A stretch of 64,000 bases of DNA from Anolis carolinensis (taxonomy: Eukaryota): positions 10,217,190 to 10,281,189 of the forward strand of contig NC_085846.1 of the NCBI RefSeq assembly GCF_035594765.1, written 5' to 3'. The notes under the pieces were generated by a model. The model was not told where the DNA came from, did not search any database, and was given only the letters and a program-made list of their open reading frames with translations. A program made the position numbers and the translations under genes. This document shows, one piece after another, positions 38,348-50,469 of the stretch (positions are counted from its first letter, which is position 1; each line of letters starts with the position of its first letter).

Positions 38348-39392
38348 ACTCAAGTATATATGGTAAATGTGATGAAGTCCTAACTCTCCCTCAAGCTCTA
38401 ATTCTATATATAAATATAGATATACCATAGATATAGATACTTTAGATAATTCCAGTCAGAGGTACTAATGTTGCACATCCTCTGTAGCATACTTCATTGA
38501 CTATTAGAGGTGTGTGTAATGCCAAATATTCATTTCATTTCAAAATACAAATTTAGTATGTCCCCTGCTTCGTTTCGTGTTTCTTTTTTCTTTTTTTAAT
38601 TTATTCAATTTTTAGGTGCATTACATAAAAGGGGAAAATACAATCTGTGAGCAGGAAATATATAACATGGGGAAAAGGGGGGATTAAGTATCTGTTTCTG
38701 GGGCTAATATGGTAATAGCGAAAGGGAAGGAAAAAAAATTAAAAAATTAAAATTAAAATTAAAAAAGGAAAAAAGAAAAAAGGTTTCAGGGTATAGGGGT
38801 ATTTTGGTATTCCGTTCTTTGTACTTCGCGAAATTGTTATTCTGTTGAGTTTATTCTTTTCAAAATTTTCTAGATTCATCCATATACAGATTTGCAGGAT
38901 CTCATTGGTTATTTTCTAGACCTTTGCTTTATTTCCTATATTCTTCATATTTCTTCCAATCTGTTGTTTTTAATATTTTTCCTTTGCTTTCTTTTAACAG
39001 GAAGGTCAATCTGTCCATATTATAAATTTCATCTATTTTTTTCTAACCTTTGTTCTTTTGATGGTATTTCTTGCCTGTGTTTCTAAACTAACTTGAGGGG
39101 TCTGTTTAAAATTTGTTAACATTTTTGGTTTATTGATTCGCCCATTTATGCCAGTGGAAACACTTCTGGGCCGGTTTCTCTGTCATTTTTATGGCTATCA
39201 GGATGAAACTTCCTACACTTGTAGGACGGATTTACCACTGTAAGCATTCAAACTTTTACACAGCTGTATTGACTATACATACTCTGCTATCGTATGCATG
39301 CATAACTGAATATATCAAACTACCTCTTCTTTTCAGCAGTGACAACCATTGAAAATCACTGTTAGAGCATTTAAAAACATAACACTTCTTAC

Positions 39393-39519
39393 CTGTCTCA
39401 TTTGAAATCATGCCTGCAGGACAGGGAATGCAATCATAACAGCAAAAAGGCTCTTCTTTTCTCTTTCTCTTGTGGTAGCCAACATGGCAATTATCATTAC
39501 AAATGGAAAGAGGACGTGT
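39393..39519 (-). CDS. V2R gene D, coding exon 5
   Basis: 127 bp; [35 protein letters not shown]; AG acceptor and GTAAG donor. Confidence 0.95.
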
Positions 39520-39802
39520 CTGTACATTAAAAAAACACAATATTTTAACACTCAGTAAATATGTTTTCAAAATTTTTGTAATGCGATTTGATCCACACTT
39601 AAGGGCTTGGTTCATAATTTTATGGCAGGGTGGATTTGCTATCACATTGTATTTTTTAATACAGTGGGCTATATGGACCAACAAGATTATCCAGAGGTAG
39701 ATTTCGTGCATCAGCATGTCACATCTCATACTACCTCTTTCCCCTACTTCCTAGGTGTATCTGGGTTAACCCCAATGCCAAATATCTATCTACCAAAAGA
39801 CA

Positions 39803-40371
39803 GGGGGTGCTTCCAGACAGGACAAAAATCTGTGCCAAAGAACCTTCTTTGGTGTGGATCTGCCCCGCAAAACCCGGGCTTTCCAGGAGGAGGAGTGGCT
39901 ACAACCCATCCCGATTACAATCAGGATGGCACGAAGCCACCCTGAAGCCCCCCAAATGTTCCCTCCTGGTGCAAGGAGGATTGTTATTGAGGCCAGGTGA
40001 GTTTAACTTTATTTTTAGGGTACATTTGGGGTTTGGGAGGAGGGGGTGTCTTCTAGATTTTTCCGGCTCCTGGAGCCCAAAAAACCGAGATGGCTGTATG
40101 AATTGGGCCAAGGAATCACGTGATACAGTCCTTGGGCCAAATCCACACAGGGCCCACACCTGGTAAGACCCGGATCTTGCCTTTAGATCTGGACCTTACC
40201 TGGTGTTTAATTAACAAACCCTGGTTTGTTCCAAATTAATTAAACACCAGGTAAGTTCTGGAGTAAACCCTGGTTGGTTCCAAATTAATTTAGTTTTATC
40301 AGAAGCGTTGTCTGGATGCCTCCAGTAAAACGGAGACAGATCCCATATTTTGGGTCTGTCTGGATGGGCCC
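39803..40371. mobile_element. Harbinger-like non-autonomous element with internal palindrome
   Basis: Imperfect TIRs GGGTGCTTCCAGACAG / CTGTCTGGATGGGCCC; 20-bp inverted repeat at 40195-40256. Confidence 0.6.
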
Positions 40372-40914
40372 TAAGAGACAGTTTTGCTGGATTACATAGT
40401 GAATTTTGGGATTTTTAATTTTTTTATAGTTTTCATGTAAAATTATTTTATTGATACTATCCCATCTTGAAATCCATGTATACAGGGCATATGAAGTATT
40501 TGCACAAATTAATGAACTTCCACATTGATAAAGGAGTCTGTTGGCCAAATTATATGTATTCCATGGAATAAAATATACACTTTGATCCTTTGAAACCATC
40601 TCTTTGAGTAACATATATGTCTTGCCTCTCCTCTTGTTTTGTTGTGAAGTATCCAATTATTTTCTGTTAGTATTCTTGGATTTGCCATTTCCTTGGCATA
40701 TTTTATTTATAATTGGTGCTCCTTTGATCATTGACTTAGCTTTTTGATAGGTCAAGTGCAAAAGGTAAGATTTTGCCAGACAAAGATTTAGTTTGAGCTT
40801 GCTCTGTGCTATAACCACCTTCATGTCATAGCATGGGGAATGAATTAGTTCAGAATTGGGACAGTAATCCCCAACTTTAGAGATATGACTGGATTTGAAC
40901 ATGTTGATCCTTAC

Positions 40915-41142
40915 TTGGTTAAAGTCAGTAGGCCATATGATGTCCTCCTCAGAGATTGTGAACTCATTGCCACGTGGTGCATGGGGGTTGATTTTTCCGA
41001 CTCTAACTCTCATAAAAGACATGTTTGGGAAGGTAATCCAGTTGATAATATCAAACCCAGTTACTAAGGTACCATTTTGGTCAAAGGATATCTTGTCACC
41101 AACACTGTTGTTAAATGACACATATCTCAGGAAATGGTGGAG
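40915..41142 (-). CDS. V2R gene D, coding exon 4
   Basis: 228 bp; LHHFLRYVSFNNSVGDKISFDQNG..FDIINWITFPN..WPTDFNQ; AG acceptor and GTAAG donor. Confidence 0.95.
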
Positions 41143-41607
41143 CTAAAACGTGAAGAGTGAAAATGTACAATGTTTTAAAAAATAGTTAAATAAAACAGAA
41201 CACAGATAATATTTCATACCAGCAAGTTGTGGTCTACTGATCAAGGGAAGAAAACTAAAATAAAATTTTCATTGGATCTGTACATGGTGGGAGTCTGTAG
41301 TATTAGGCATTGTCTAGATATATAAGCTCTTCTGAAACTGCCACTGTGTTCTGCACATTTGCTAACCAGCTCACCAACAGAAAGGAAAAGCCTATAACAA
41401 GGGGAAGAGGCAGTCCCAAGATTCACATTAATTAATGCAGTTTGACACCATTTTAACTGCCACATTTCTATCCTATGGAATCATGGGAGCTCTAGTTTAC
41501 AAGGTCTCTAGCCTTCTTTTCCAGAAAACACTGATGCCTTATCAAACTAGCTTCCAGGATTCCATAGCATTGAGCCATGGCAGTAAAAGTGATAGCAATC
41601 TGCAGTA

Positions 41608-42054
41608 CAGGCAGTCCCGAAGTTACGAACAAGATAGATTTTTTATATTTGATCTTGAGTTGAATTTGCATGTAAGTCAGAACAGGTACGTTTTAAGTGT
41701 AATTTCATACATATACACACTTTGGATATGCTTGGTGTTTGTTTTGCTGTCTGTATGGCAGTTCAGAAGATTTCACTTCACTTTCTGTCCCTGTGTTAAT
41801 TGAATATTTAAATTTGGCTTGTGGAAACAAATATTGATGATAAAGCTTCATAGGAGACACCTTTTCCTCATGATAACATTTCCAGGAGTGAAGTTGCCTT
41901 CTTAGGGGTAGATTTCAAAGTGTATGTTTTATTCCATGGAATATGCATGACTTGGTCAACAGAATTCTTTATCAACAGACTTCCCGTTGTCTCACTCCCA
42001 TTCTTAACTATCAGTCGTTTGTAAGTCAGATGTTAGTAACTCGGAGACTGCCTG
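41608..42054. mobile_element. Tigger-like MITE
   Basis: TIRs CAGGCAGTCCCGAAGTTAC / GTAACTCGGAGACTGCCTG with TA flanks. Confidence 0.78.
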
Positions 42055-42303
42055 TAGTTCCATCAGAGGACTAGAACAAATCTGAAACTTTAAGACATTA
42101 CGTATGAAGTCTAGGCTCGCAGAGACTATATTAATAAAAGCTCACATTATCTTAAATGTGAGGAGGAACACAGAAAATTCTGGTGAAATTGAGATGACAA
42201 CAGACATAATCAGATGCCACTAAAAAAAAGTAACTCACAAAGCATAATCTAAAAACGTGAATCTTGAACAACTATGGTGATATTCCTTCTCATTTAGTTT
42301 TAC

Positions 42304-43161
42304 CTGCCATGGCAGCCAATTAGCAATATTATGGATTTGTCCCTTCTCCGTTACTCTCATTCTGGACCGGGAGGATCCCATAAATTGCAACGCATGGACC
42401 ACAGCAAGGACAGCATTGTAGACACTATAGCTGTAACCAGTCATTCTCATTTCAAAAACAAAAGAAGGAAGGGACTCCAGTTTCTCCTCCCCTGTGCATG
42501 TCTTCTCAAAATTCCAGTATGAAGTGTAATTTGGTAAAGAACACAAAAATGCATTTTGCCAGAAGTTTCTGAAAAATATATCTTTTTTTGCAATTGGGTT
42601 TTGAGTCTGAAGAAATTTCTCGAAGCTTGTTACTTCTTTTGAATGAATTGCAAGGGATATAGAGCCATGGAGGAAATTGATGCCTCCAAATCTTAGGATA
42701 GGATGTTTTGTGAAATCCACCTGGGCAGTCAAAAGCAAGACTTTCCCTTTTGGTTCTATTGGCACAAGTTCATATCTTGAAATGTTTATCAGTATCTGAA
42801 CAATTAGTAGAGCAATAATCTGACCATGTATTATGAACACTCTGGCAGTGCTGTCACTGAACATTTTGAGTGCTTCTATCCCTTCATCCAAAATATTGTC
42901 CATTTCACTTGAAAAATGTTGCCTGGGGAATTTTTGTTTGAAGGCAATGCAAATGCCATTCTCTGAAAAGATTGGAAGCACATTTTGTACAAACCACTCT
43001 CCAGTCTCATCCTCAAAATAAATCACCCCAATCCATATCCAGTGGAAGTGTTGAAGTAACTTAAGAATCCCCATATGTTGGTGGTCCCCATTTGGAAACA
43101 TATGGTAGATGAAAACTCCTTGGATGCTGTTATCCACCATAGGAACAGAGCCATATGTAAG
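42304..43161 (-). CDS. V2R gene D, coding exon 3 (intact copy)
   Basis: 858 bp, open, canonical splice sites, Venus flytrap motifs. Confidence 0.95.
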
Positions 43162-43403
43162 CTGAAGAAATAAATTTTGTTTTAATAAAGAGGAGATCTC
43201 CTGTGACTGCATCTACATATATGCTTGTTGCTTTCCTTGGGAGAGGCAAGAATAATGTATTATAGTGGTTGGAGTGTTGGAGTAAGTTTCTGGCAGAACC
43301 ATGAGAACACATTGGGTGATTCTGGGCAATTCACACATTCTCAGCCTAAGAGGGAGGTAATGACACACCTTCTCTGCATAAATTGTGCCACTATACTCTT
43401 ACT

Positions 43404-44489
43404 CAGAGCCAGCCCTAGGTAATTTTGGGGGGTAGGCGAACCAAATCTTTGCCCCCTCCCGAATTTGGCACACCCCCCCTCACACACCCAAACCAATACC
43501 TGCGAGCTGGGGCGGCAGGGATCATCACTCGGCAAAAGGCCAAATGAGGAAGGCCAGGCTCCAGGATGGCCTAGCTCTTCTAGAGAGAGCTTGCAAGGTC
43601 TTGCGAAGTCTTGCGAGGTCTTGCTAAGTCTCGTGAGGTCTACCGAGAAGAGCCTGGCCTTCCTGGAGCCTGGCCTTCCTCGTTCGGCTGTTTGGCAAGT
43701 GATGGTCCCTGGCAGTGGGAGCGGCAGCGGGGACCATCCCTCGCCAAACAGCCAAATGAGGAAGGCCAGGCTTTCCTCGGGAGACCTCGGGAGACTAATG
43801 AGGTCTCCCTAGAAGAGCTAGGCCTTCCAGGAGCCTGACCTTCCTCGTTCAGCCATTTGGCGAGCGATTGTCCCCGGTGGTGGCGGCGGCAGTGGGACCA
43901 TCGCTCACCAAACAGCCGAATGAGGAAGGCCAGGCTCTTCTCGGGAAACCTCGCGAGACTTCGTGAGACCTAGAGACCCTAGAAGAGCTAGGCCTTCCTA
44001 GAGCCTGGCCTTCCTCGTTTGGCCATTTGGCATTCGGCAGCGGGGACCATTTCTTGCCAAACAGCTGAACGAGGAAGGACAAGTTCCAGGAAGGACTAGC
44101 TCTTCTAGGGAGACCTCACGGGGTCTCACAAAGTCTCACAAGGTCTCATGAGGTCTCCCGAGAAGAGCCTGGCCTTCCTCGTTCTGCGTTTGGCGAGTGA
44201 TGTCTCTCCCCCCCCCCCGCCGCTGGGGACCATCGCTCGCCAAACGGCCGAATGAGGAAGGCCAGGCTCTTCTCGGGAGACCTCGCGAGACTTTGCGAGA
44301 CCTCGTGAGGTCTCCCTAGAAGAGCTAGGCCTTCCTGGAACCTGGCCTTCCTTGCTCAGCCATTTGACGAGCGATGGTCCCCGGCGGTGGCGGCACCTGG
44401 ATGGGGGAACTGTCAAAGCCTCGACAGCGCCTCCCTTGATGTGTGCCCCAAGCGGCGGCTTCAGTCGCTTCAACATTGGACCGGGCCTG
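43404..44489. mobile_element. hAT element carrying a palindromic GC-rich tandem array
   Basis: Left end CAGAGCCAGCCCTAGGTA (same family as the 10499 and 56672 MITEs), right end GGGCCTG; imperfect TSD CTCTTACT/CCCTTAAT. Confidence 0.72.
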
Positions 44490-44854
44490 CCCTTAATGTT
44501 ATAAAATTTGGTTCCTAAGAGCAAGAACAACCATGTCCTTCCTTGCTCCATCTGAATTAATTCCACAAGAGTATTAGAAAAATATCTGAAACTATAGATG
44601 ATGAAGGATGAAGTCAATGAAACTCAATTCTAGGTTCACAAAGACCAGGACAATCAAAGTTCACAGTATCCTAAGTCCAAGGAGGAGTACCAGAAACTTC
44701 TGATGGAATAAAGTGTAAGGCAGACCTAAGCAGAGGCCACCAAAAAACAAACAAACAAGCAACCCCCCTCATTTGTAATATGCAAAACATAAGAATTTGA
44801 AAGTTGAGCATGTGCAATCACAACTATGGGATGTTTTCCCCCCATGAGGTTTAC

Positions 44855-45898
44855 CTGCCATGGCAGTTGATTAAGAATCTCATGGTTTGGTTCCTTCCTC
44901 GTAACCCTCTTTCTAGACTGTGAAGATCCCATAGACTGCAGGGCATGGACCACAGCAAAGACAGCATTGTAGATACTGTAACTGTGGGTGGCCATTCCCA
45001 TTTCAAGCACAGAAGTAGGAAGAGACTCCAGCTTTTCCTCTCCTGTACATGTCTTCTCAAAATTCCAGTATGAAGTGTAGTTAGGTAAAGAACACAAAAA
45101 TGCATTTCCCCAGAAGTACAACTGGTTTTCTGGTCTGAAGAAATTCCAAATACCTCTTTGGAATGAATTGCAAGGGCTATACTTTTCTTTCTTCATTTCA
45201 GGAGTGACTTGAGAAACTGCAAGGCACTTCTGATGTGAGAGAATTGGCTGCCTGCAAGGAGGTTGCCCAGGGGATGCCTGGATGTTTTACTATCCTTGTG
45301 GGAGGCTTCTCTCATGTCCCTGCATGGGGAGCTGGAGCTGACAAAGGGAGCTCACATGCTCTCCCTGAATTTGAACCGCTGATTTGTCGGTTAGCAGCAG
45401 TACTGGCATGGAGGAAATCAATGTTCCAAACTGTATGTGTGTGTGTGTGTGTGGGTGGGGGGTGGGTGGGGGGGGGTGAAAACCACCTGTGCTGTCAAAA
45501 TCAAGATTTTTCCTTCTGAATTTATTGAACTATATTCATATTTTGAAATCTGTAGATACATCCCAATAGCTATCAGAATTGAAGACTCTCTATGTATAAC
45601 CAACACTTCAGCAGTGCTGTTCATGGCAATTGCATGTGCTTCAATATCTTCCACTACAGTATTTACCATTTCACTTGAAAAGTCTTGCTTGAGGTACATT
45701 TTTGTGAAGACAACACAGATGCCCTCCATTTTTTACAAACCTCTGAGGCTTCATCATCGAAATAAAGCACCCCAATCCACATCCAGTGGAATGGTGAAGT
45801 AATGGAAGGATCTCCATAGAAACCCCATGTGGAAACACGTGGTAGAGGAAAGCTTCTTGGATGTTGTTATCCATCATAGAGATAGACCCATGTGTAAG
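44855..45898 (-). pseudogene. Decayed duplicate of V2R gene D exon 3 (pseudo-exon)
   Basis: LTHGSISMMDNNIQEAFLYHVFP...FWGNAFLCSLPNYTSYWNFEKTCTGEEKL..PWQ; frameshifts, deletions, a SINE and a (GT)n insertion; AG and GT sites retained. Confidence 0.9.
45182..45406 (-). mobile_element. tRNA-derived SINE (AnolisSINE2-like), 5'-truncated, inside the pseudo-exon
   Basis: Reverse complement matches the SINE body at 26433-26698. Confidence 0.78.
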
Positions 45899-47103
45899 CT
45901 AATTTATTTTATTTATTTTTTAAAAAGAGGAGACTTCTAAAAGATGTCCCTGCAGTTGTGTTTACAAATATGTTTGTAGTTTCCTCTTTTAGAGGACAAA
46001 GTATGGCAGTGGTCTGAATGTTTGATTAGCACCCCAAGAGAGCCATAGAACCCTATGGTATGCCTTCGAGGAAAAAGATTCTTAGAGGAAACTGTGGATT
46101 TCCACCTACCCTTCTGTTTATTCTGACTCCAATTTGTCATCGAAAACATCTCAGTTTTTTAAAACCACCTTTTCTTACATTAGGAAAGCAGGAAATTGTG
46201 ATTCACTCTTACGTGACAAGGGAGAAAGTCAAGCGCTGCTCTAAACCTTTGCTTATTATTTATATTGTAAATATTTATATCAATTTTTGATCTATGAATA
46301 CTAGGCTTGTGCGTGGATCCATTTCAGTGGTTTTCCTTTGGCCATAATAGGATACAAAAAATAAGCAAGACATCAAATAGAGCTAAGAATATATCGCAGA
46401 AGGCTTTTGCACAGTCATAAAGTTCCATTAGTACAGCTGCAGACTTATTTGTACAATCAATGGATGGCCACCTCTCTCATGTATGGAGATGGGAAGCCTG
46501 GAAAAAAACCTGGAAAAATGGGGGGGGGGGAATTCCCCCTCAAAATTGAAAAGTGTGTAGAATATGATATTTTCCAATGATAAATAAAATATATATGACA
46601 TGGTATTCAAATTATATAACATGAAGCCCTTGATGAAAGACATTTTGTTTCTGCACCCTTTTCTCCCAAATTTTTCTTTTAAAAATGGCTTTGGAAAAAA
46701 ATGGGAAAAAACTGTTTCTCCTCCAATTTTTCTGGGTTTTTTTTCCAGGCCTTCCCATTTCTACTCATGCCCTTGCCAAGTCTTCTTTAGAGATAAATAT
46801 TATATATCATTAAACTGATCTGGGATCAATTGAAATAGTCCTAAGATGGTTAAAGGCAAGTCCCTCTCTGTGCTCTCACCATGACAGCATCTTTCAGATC
46901 CAGATCCAGTCTCACTCCATTCCTCAGACTGGGATAATGCTTCAGGCTAGGATAATGTGGCACAGAATGGGCTGAAGTGACTCCTTTTGAAGCTGATCCA
47001 GATAGATTCAAATTGTCCTGACTTACTTACAGATCTTTACCCATGATTTCAGTTTTGCGAATATTAAAAAGGCTATAAAACTACACACAAAGTCAGCACT
47101 TAC

Positions 47104-47395
47104 CTGTGGCATCTTGTAAAGAGCCAGGATAGGTGCCATACGGACATATGCATTAGAATCCGGTCCTCCAATAACTGCTATTGGGTTGTTATGGGTCTCA
47201 CACCTGTAGTTAGGAAGGAATCTTTTCTGTGTTGAGACAAGTTCCATTGAGGCATGATAGGCTGAGTTTGCATCAAAGTGGCCATCATAGATTGAAAAGC
47301 CCAGTGTGAGATTGGGCAAGATATGGGGGTTTTCATTTACTTCCTTCACAGCAAACACCAAGGCCAGAATGTGCTGGTAGAGCTGAGTGAAAACA
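47104..47395 (-). CDS. V2R gene D, coding exon 2
   Basis: 292 bp; [43 protein letters not shown]; canonical splice sites. Confidence 0.95.
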
Positions 47396-47710
47396 CTGCA
47401 ATGAGAAGAAATGCTGGGTCATAGTGGATCTGATTTGATATTGCACTAAAACAGAGTGGAGGCCACTGTCTATTAAGGATCCCCAATACTGGATGCTATA
47501 TGTGATTTTTTTAAAAATACGAAAGTCTGAATATAGGCCTAAAAAGAATATGAGCTACACATACAGAAATATACCCCATGGGCGGAACTCTAGATCAAGA
47601 AATGAACTGATATCAGAATAGTGTAGCACAGGGAAGATCAGATGCCAGAGTTTCAGGATATACTTTCTTTTTGAATTAAAAGCCTGAGATCTACTAACTT
47701 TTGTTCATGT

Positions 47711-47950
47711 CATGAGAGACTTGAGAAACTACGAGTTGCTTCTGGTGTGAGAGAATTGGCCGTCTGCAAGGACGTTGCCCAGGGGATGCTCGGATGTTTT
47801 ACCATCCTGTGGGAGGCTTCTCTCACGTCCCCGCATGGGGAAGCTGGAGCTGACAGACGGGAGCTCACCCCGCTCCCTGGATTCAAACTGCCAGCCTTTC
47901 GGTCAGCAGTCCTGCTGGCACAAGGGTTTAACCCACTGCGCCACTGGGAG
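47711..47950 (-). mobile_element. tRNA-derived SINE (AnolisSINE2-like)
   Basis: Same body as the 26433 copy, with a tRNA-like head at the right end. Confidence 0.8.
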
Positions 47951-48416
47951 TTACATCTACTAACTGAAAGTATTTGCAAAAGTCATACACAAAGAATGAA
48001 TGGATGGATTTTTAAGCCAGAAATCATTTTCAGTACTGAACGAAATATGCTATCAGTTTACAAAACAAACAAAAAGCCAACTAACAGATGCACCAGTCAC
48101 ATTCAATTTAGTATGTAGTTCTACCCAATTGGTTTGGAGCTGCAAATATATTTACAACCAACAACTATCACTAAATAATGATTACCAATACCTAATAAGT
48201 TATATGCTGCCTTTCCAATGAAGGGAAATCAGATGGTAAAGCCTATCAACAGAATGATCCTGATAAAGAACATTATCAGGACACATGCATTTATGAATGC
48301 TTTTGAAAAGGAAAAATAAACCCACCCCTTACATTACACCGTTGGAAGTATCAAAAGTATTCAAAGTTTTTGAGTGTTGAGAACTGAGTATGATTTCACA
48401 AAATTCCGGTACTTAC

Positions 48417-48634
48417 GTGATGTCATCAATGAGTTCAGGAGAAGGAAGTTCTTTAAAGGTCTCTGGTGATGAAAATATGAAACTTTGAGACATGATAGCA
48501 GCAATGTTGATTTTTCCTGGTTGAAAAGACTTGTAAAGAATTGGAAGGAGTCCACTGACGTTACATTGAACATTCGGAAAGGTGCACACTATGTGAGGCA
48601 AGAGCACTAATATCAACACCACTATGACCATCAT
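48417..48634 (-). CDS. V2R gene D, coding exon 1; spliced CDS 2625 nt (~874 aa) when the intact exon 3 is used
   Basis: ATG-ATG at 48634, signal peptide MMVIVVLILVLLPHIVC, phase-2 GTAAG donor. Confidence 0.87.
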
Positions 48635-50469
48635 ATTTAGCAAACTATTTTACCACTCCAGAAATATAAGAGGTCTGTGGAAGGACAGCTGGATTTTTCT
48701 GGCCATTCATTCATCTTAATGCTTTGGAATAATAGTTTGTAAAGTTGAAATTACCTTTGACCAAATAATTGGAACACCTTCTGTCTCTATTCTATTCTTA
48801 ATAGTCAGATATGTACATTTATACCATCAATTACTCTATGCTTTAAATGAAAATGATCAGACTGGTTAGGGTCTATTTGCTACTATCTCCAACCCCGAAT
48901 CTTAAATGTTTATTCCTGTCTTCTCTGTGTTATTTTTTTCTGCAGGGAAATCTCCAGGGAACTAGAGAAAATATTACCATAGGCAAAGTGATAATGTGAT
49001 AATTACAAGGAAGGCAAGCCCTTTGTAACTGTCACAGCTTCAAAGAGAAAGCAAAGACAAAAACATGTTTATTACATTTTAAATAGAAATCATACTTTCT
49101 TCTTTGGAACAGGAAAATAAACTTCATGTGGACATAGTGAAGGGTCATAAGCCAGAAAATAGTAAACTTTTGCCTATGTAGCTTTGCCTCTGCATATGCT
49201 CCTTCCTTCCTGTGAGCTGGTGCCTTTCTCCAGAAAGTTCCAAGGAGAGAAGAAAGCTCGGAGTAAACAAGTTAGGTCATTGGTATCACTTGTGCCAAGT
49301 GGGTGTGGAAGGCGAGGAAGACCCTCAGCCACTGGTCAATTTTAGATAAATGCATGGCCTGACTCACCAGGCCAGGCGTGTTGCGGGGCTGGCCGCCCCC
49401 GTCATGGCGGCTGCCATGGACCTTCTTCTTCCCAGAGGCCCTTGGGGCGGCGGGAAACTTTCCCGCCACCAGGGCCCTGGGCCAATGGATTGCGGGACCG
49501 CCCCTGCTTGCCATTGGGCAGGCAACACAGGGAGGGCGGTCCCAGCTGCTGCACAGGCCCCAAGAGGGCCAGAGCAGGTATTCGGCGTTTCCCGCTTGAG
49601 GAGGAGGCTGCAAGGCTCGCAGGGGAAGCGGCGGCATGGGAGAACGGCGAGCACCCCTTTAAAAAAAAAAAGAAGAAGAAGAGGGAGCGCGCAGGGCACG
49701 GCGGCGGTGGAGCAAGCAGCGCTGGAGGCAGCGTCCCCGAATCAGCGGAACCGTTCGGAGCGGTATGGCTCAGGGCCCAGGGGTCAAGTGGCTGGCTCAC
49801 GTGGCGCTTGCTCCTATGCCCCCCCACCCCTTTTTTCTCCGTCGGGGCGGACAAAAACGGGGATGTCCTTTCCTCTTCGGGGCTTCTCCCGGTTGGGCAT
49901 ACCTACTGCCCGGGACGCGGGGGCGGGGGTGGGGAACCAGGCCAGGCGCCTTGGCGGGGGGCCAGCTGCTCGGCTCGGCCTCAGCACCCAGCAGCCATGG
50001 GGCACTCCGCCCCTTCTCCGCGGCGTCGGCGGCGGGGGGGGGATTGTTTTTTCCCCAGCACTCAGGAGTAGGGCCTCCATTCGGTGGCTTAGACTAGCAC
50101 AGCCCCACAGCTCCCTCGCCCGGCTCTTCAGCGGGCGAGGCCTCGTCCGGCCGCGCAGCCGGTTGGAAGGGGGGGCTCTCAGGCCTCCAACATGCTACTT
50201 GGGGGGCCGGAGTTGGGTATCCATAGACACTGCGCGGCCATCATCTTGATTTTTACAGCCAGCGGTGTTTTTTGCCAGGCTTCCATGCTGCTGTATAACT
50301 CACGGAACCCCCCCCCCCCTTATGGGGCAGCTGCGTTTTGGCAGGCCCCTATGCCAGGCCGCATGGGTCGTCTTTCCCCTTCAAGGGGCCAAATCACCAG
50401 GGCCGACCGCACCAGGGGAAGTTGCCTCAAGGGGAAGTTGTTTTGTTTTCTATATTTTAACACAGGAGA

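Noticed and set aside
49350-50249. 299-aa and other overlapping GC-rich ORFs in the 5' part of the YR element
   Set aside because: Low-complexity, no recognisable domain, and open in several frames on both strands as expected at high GC content
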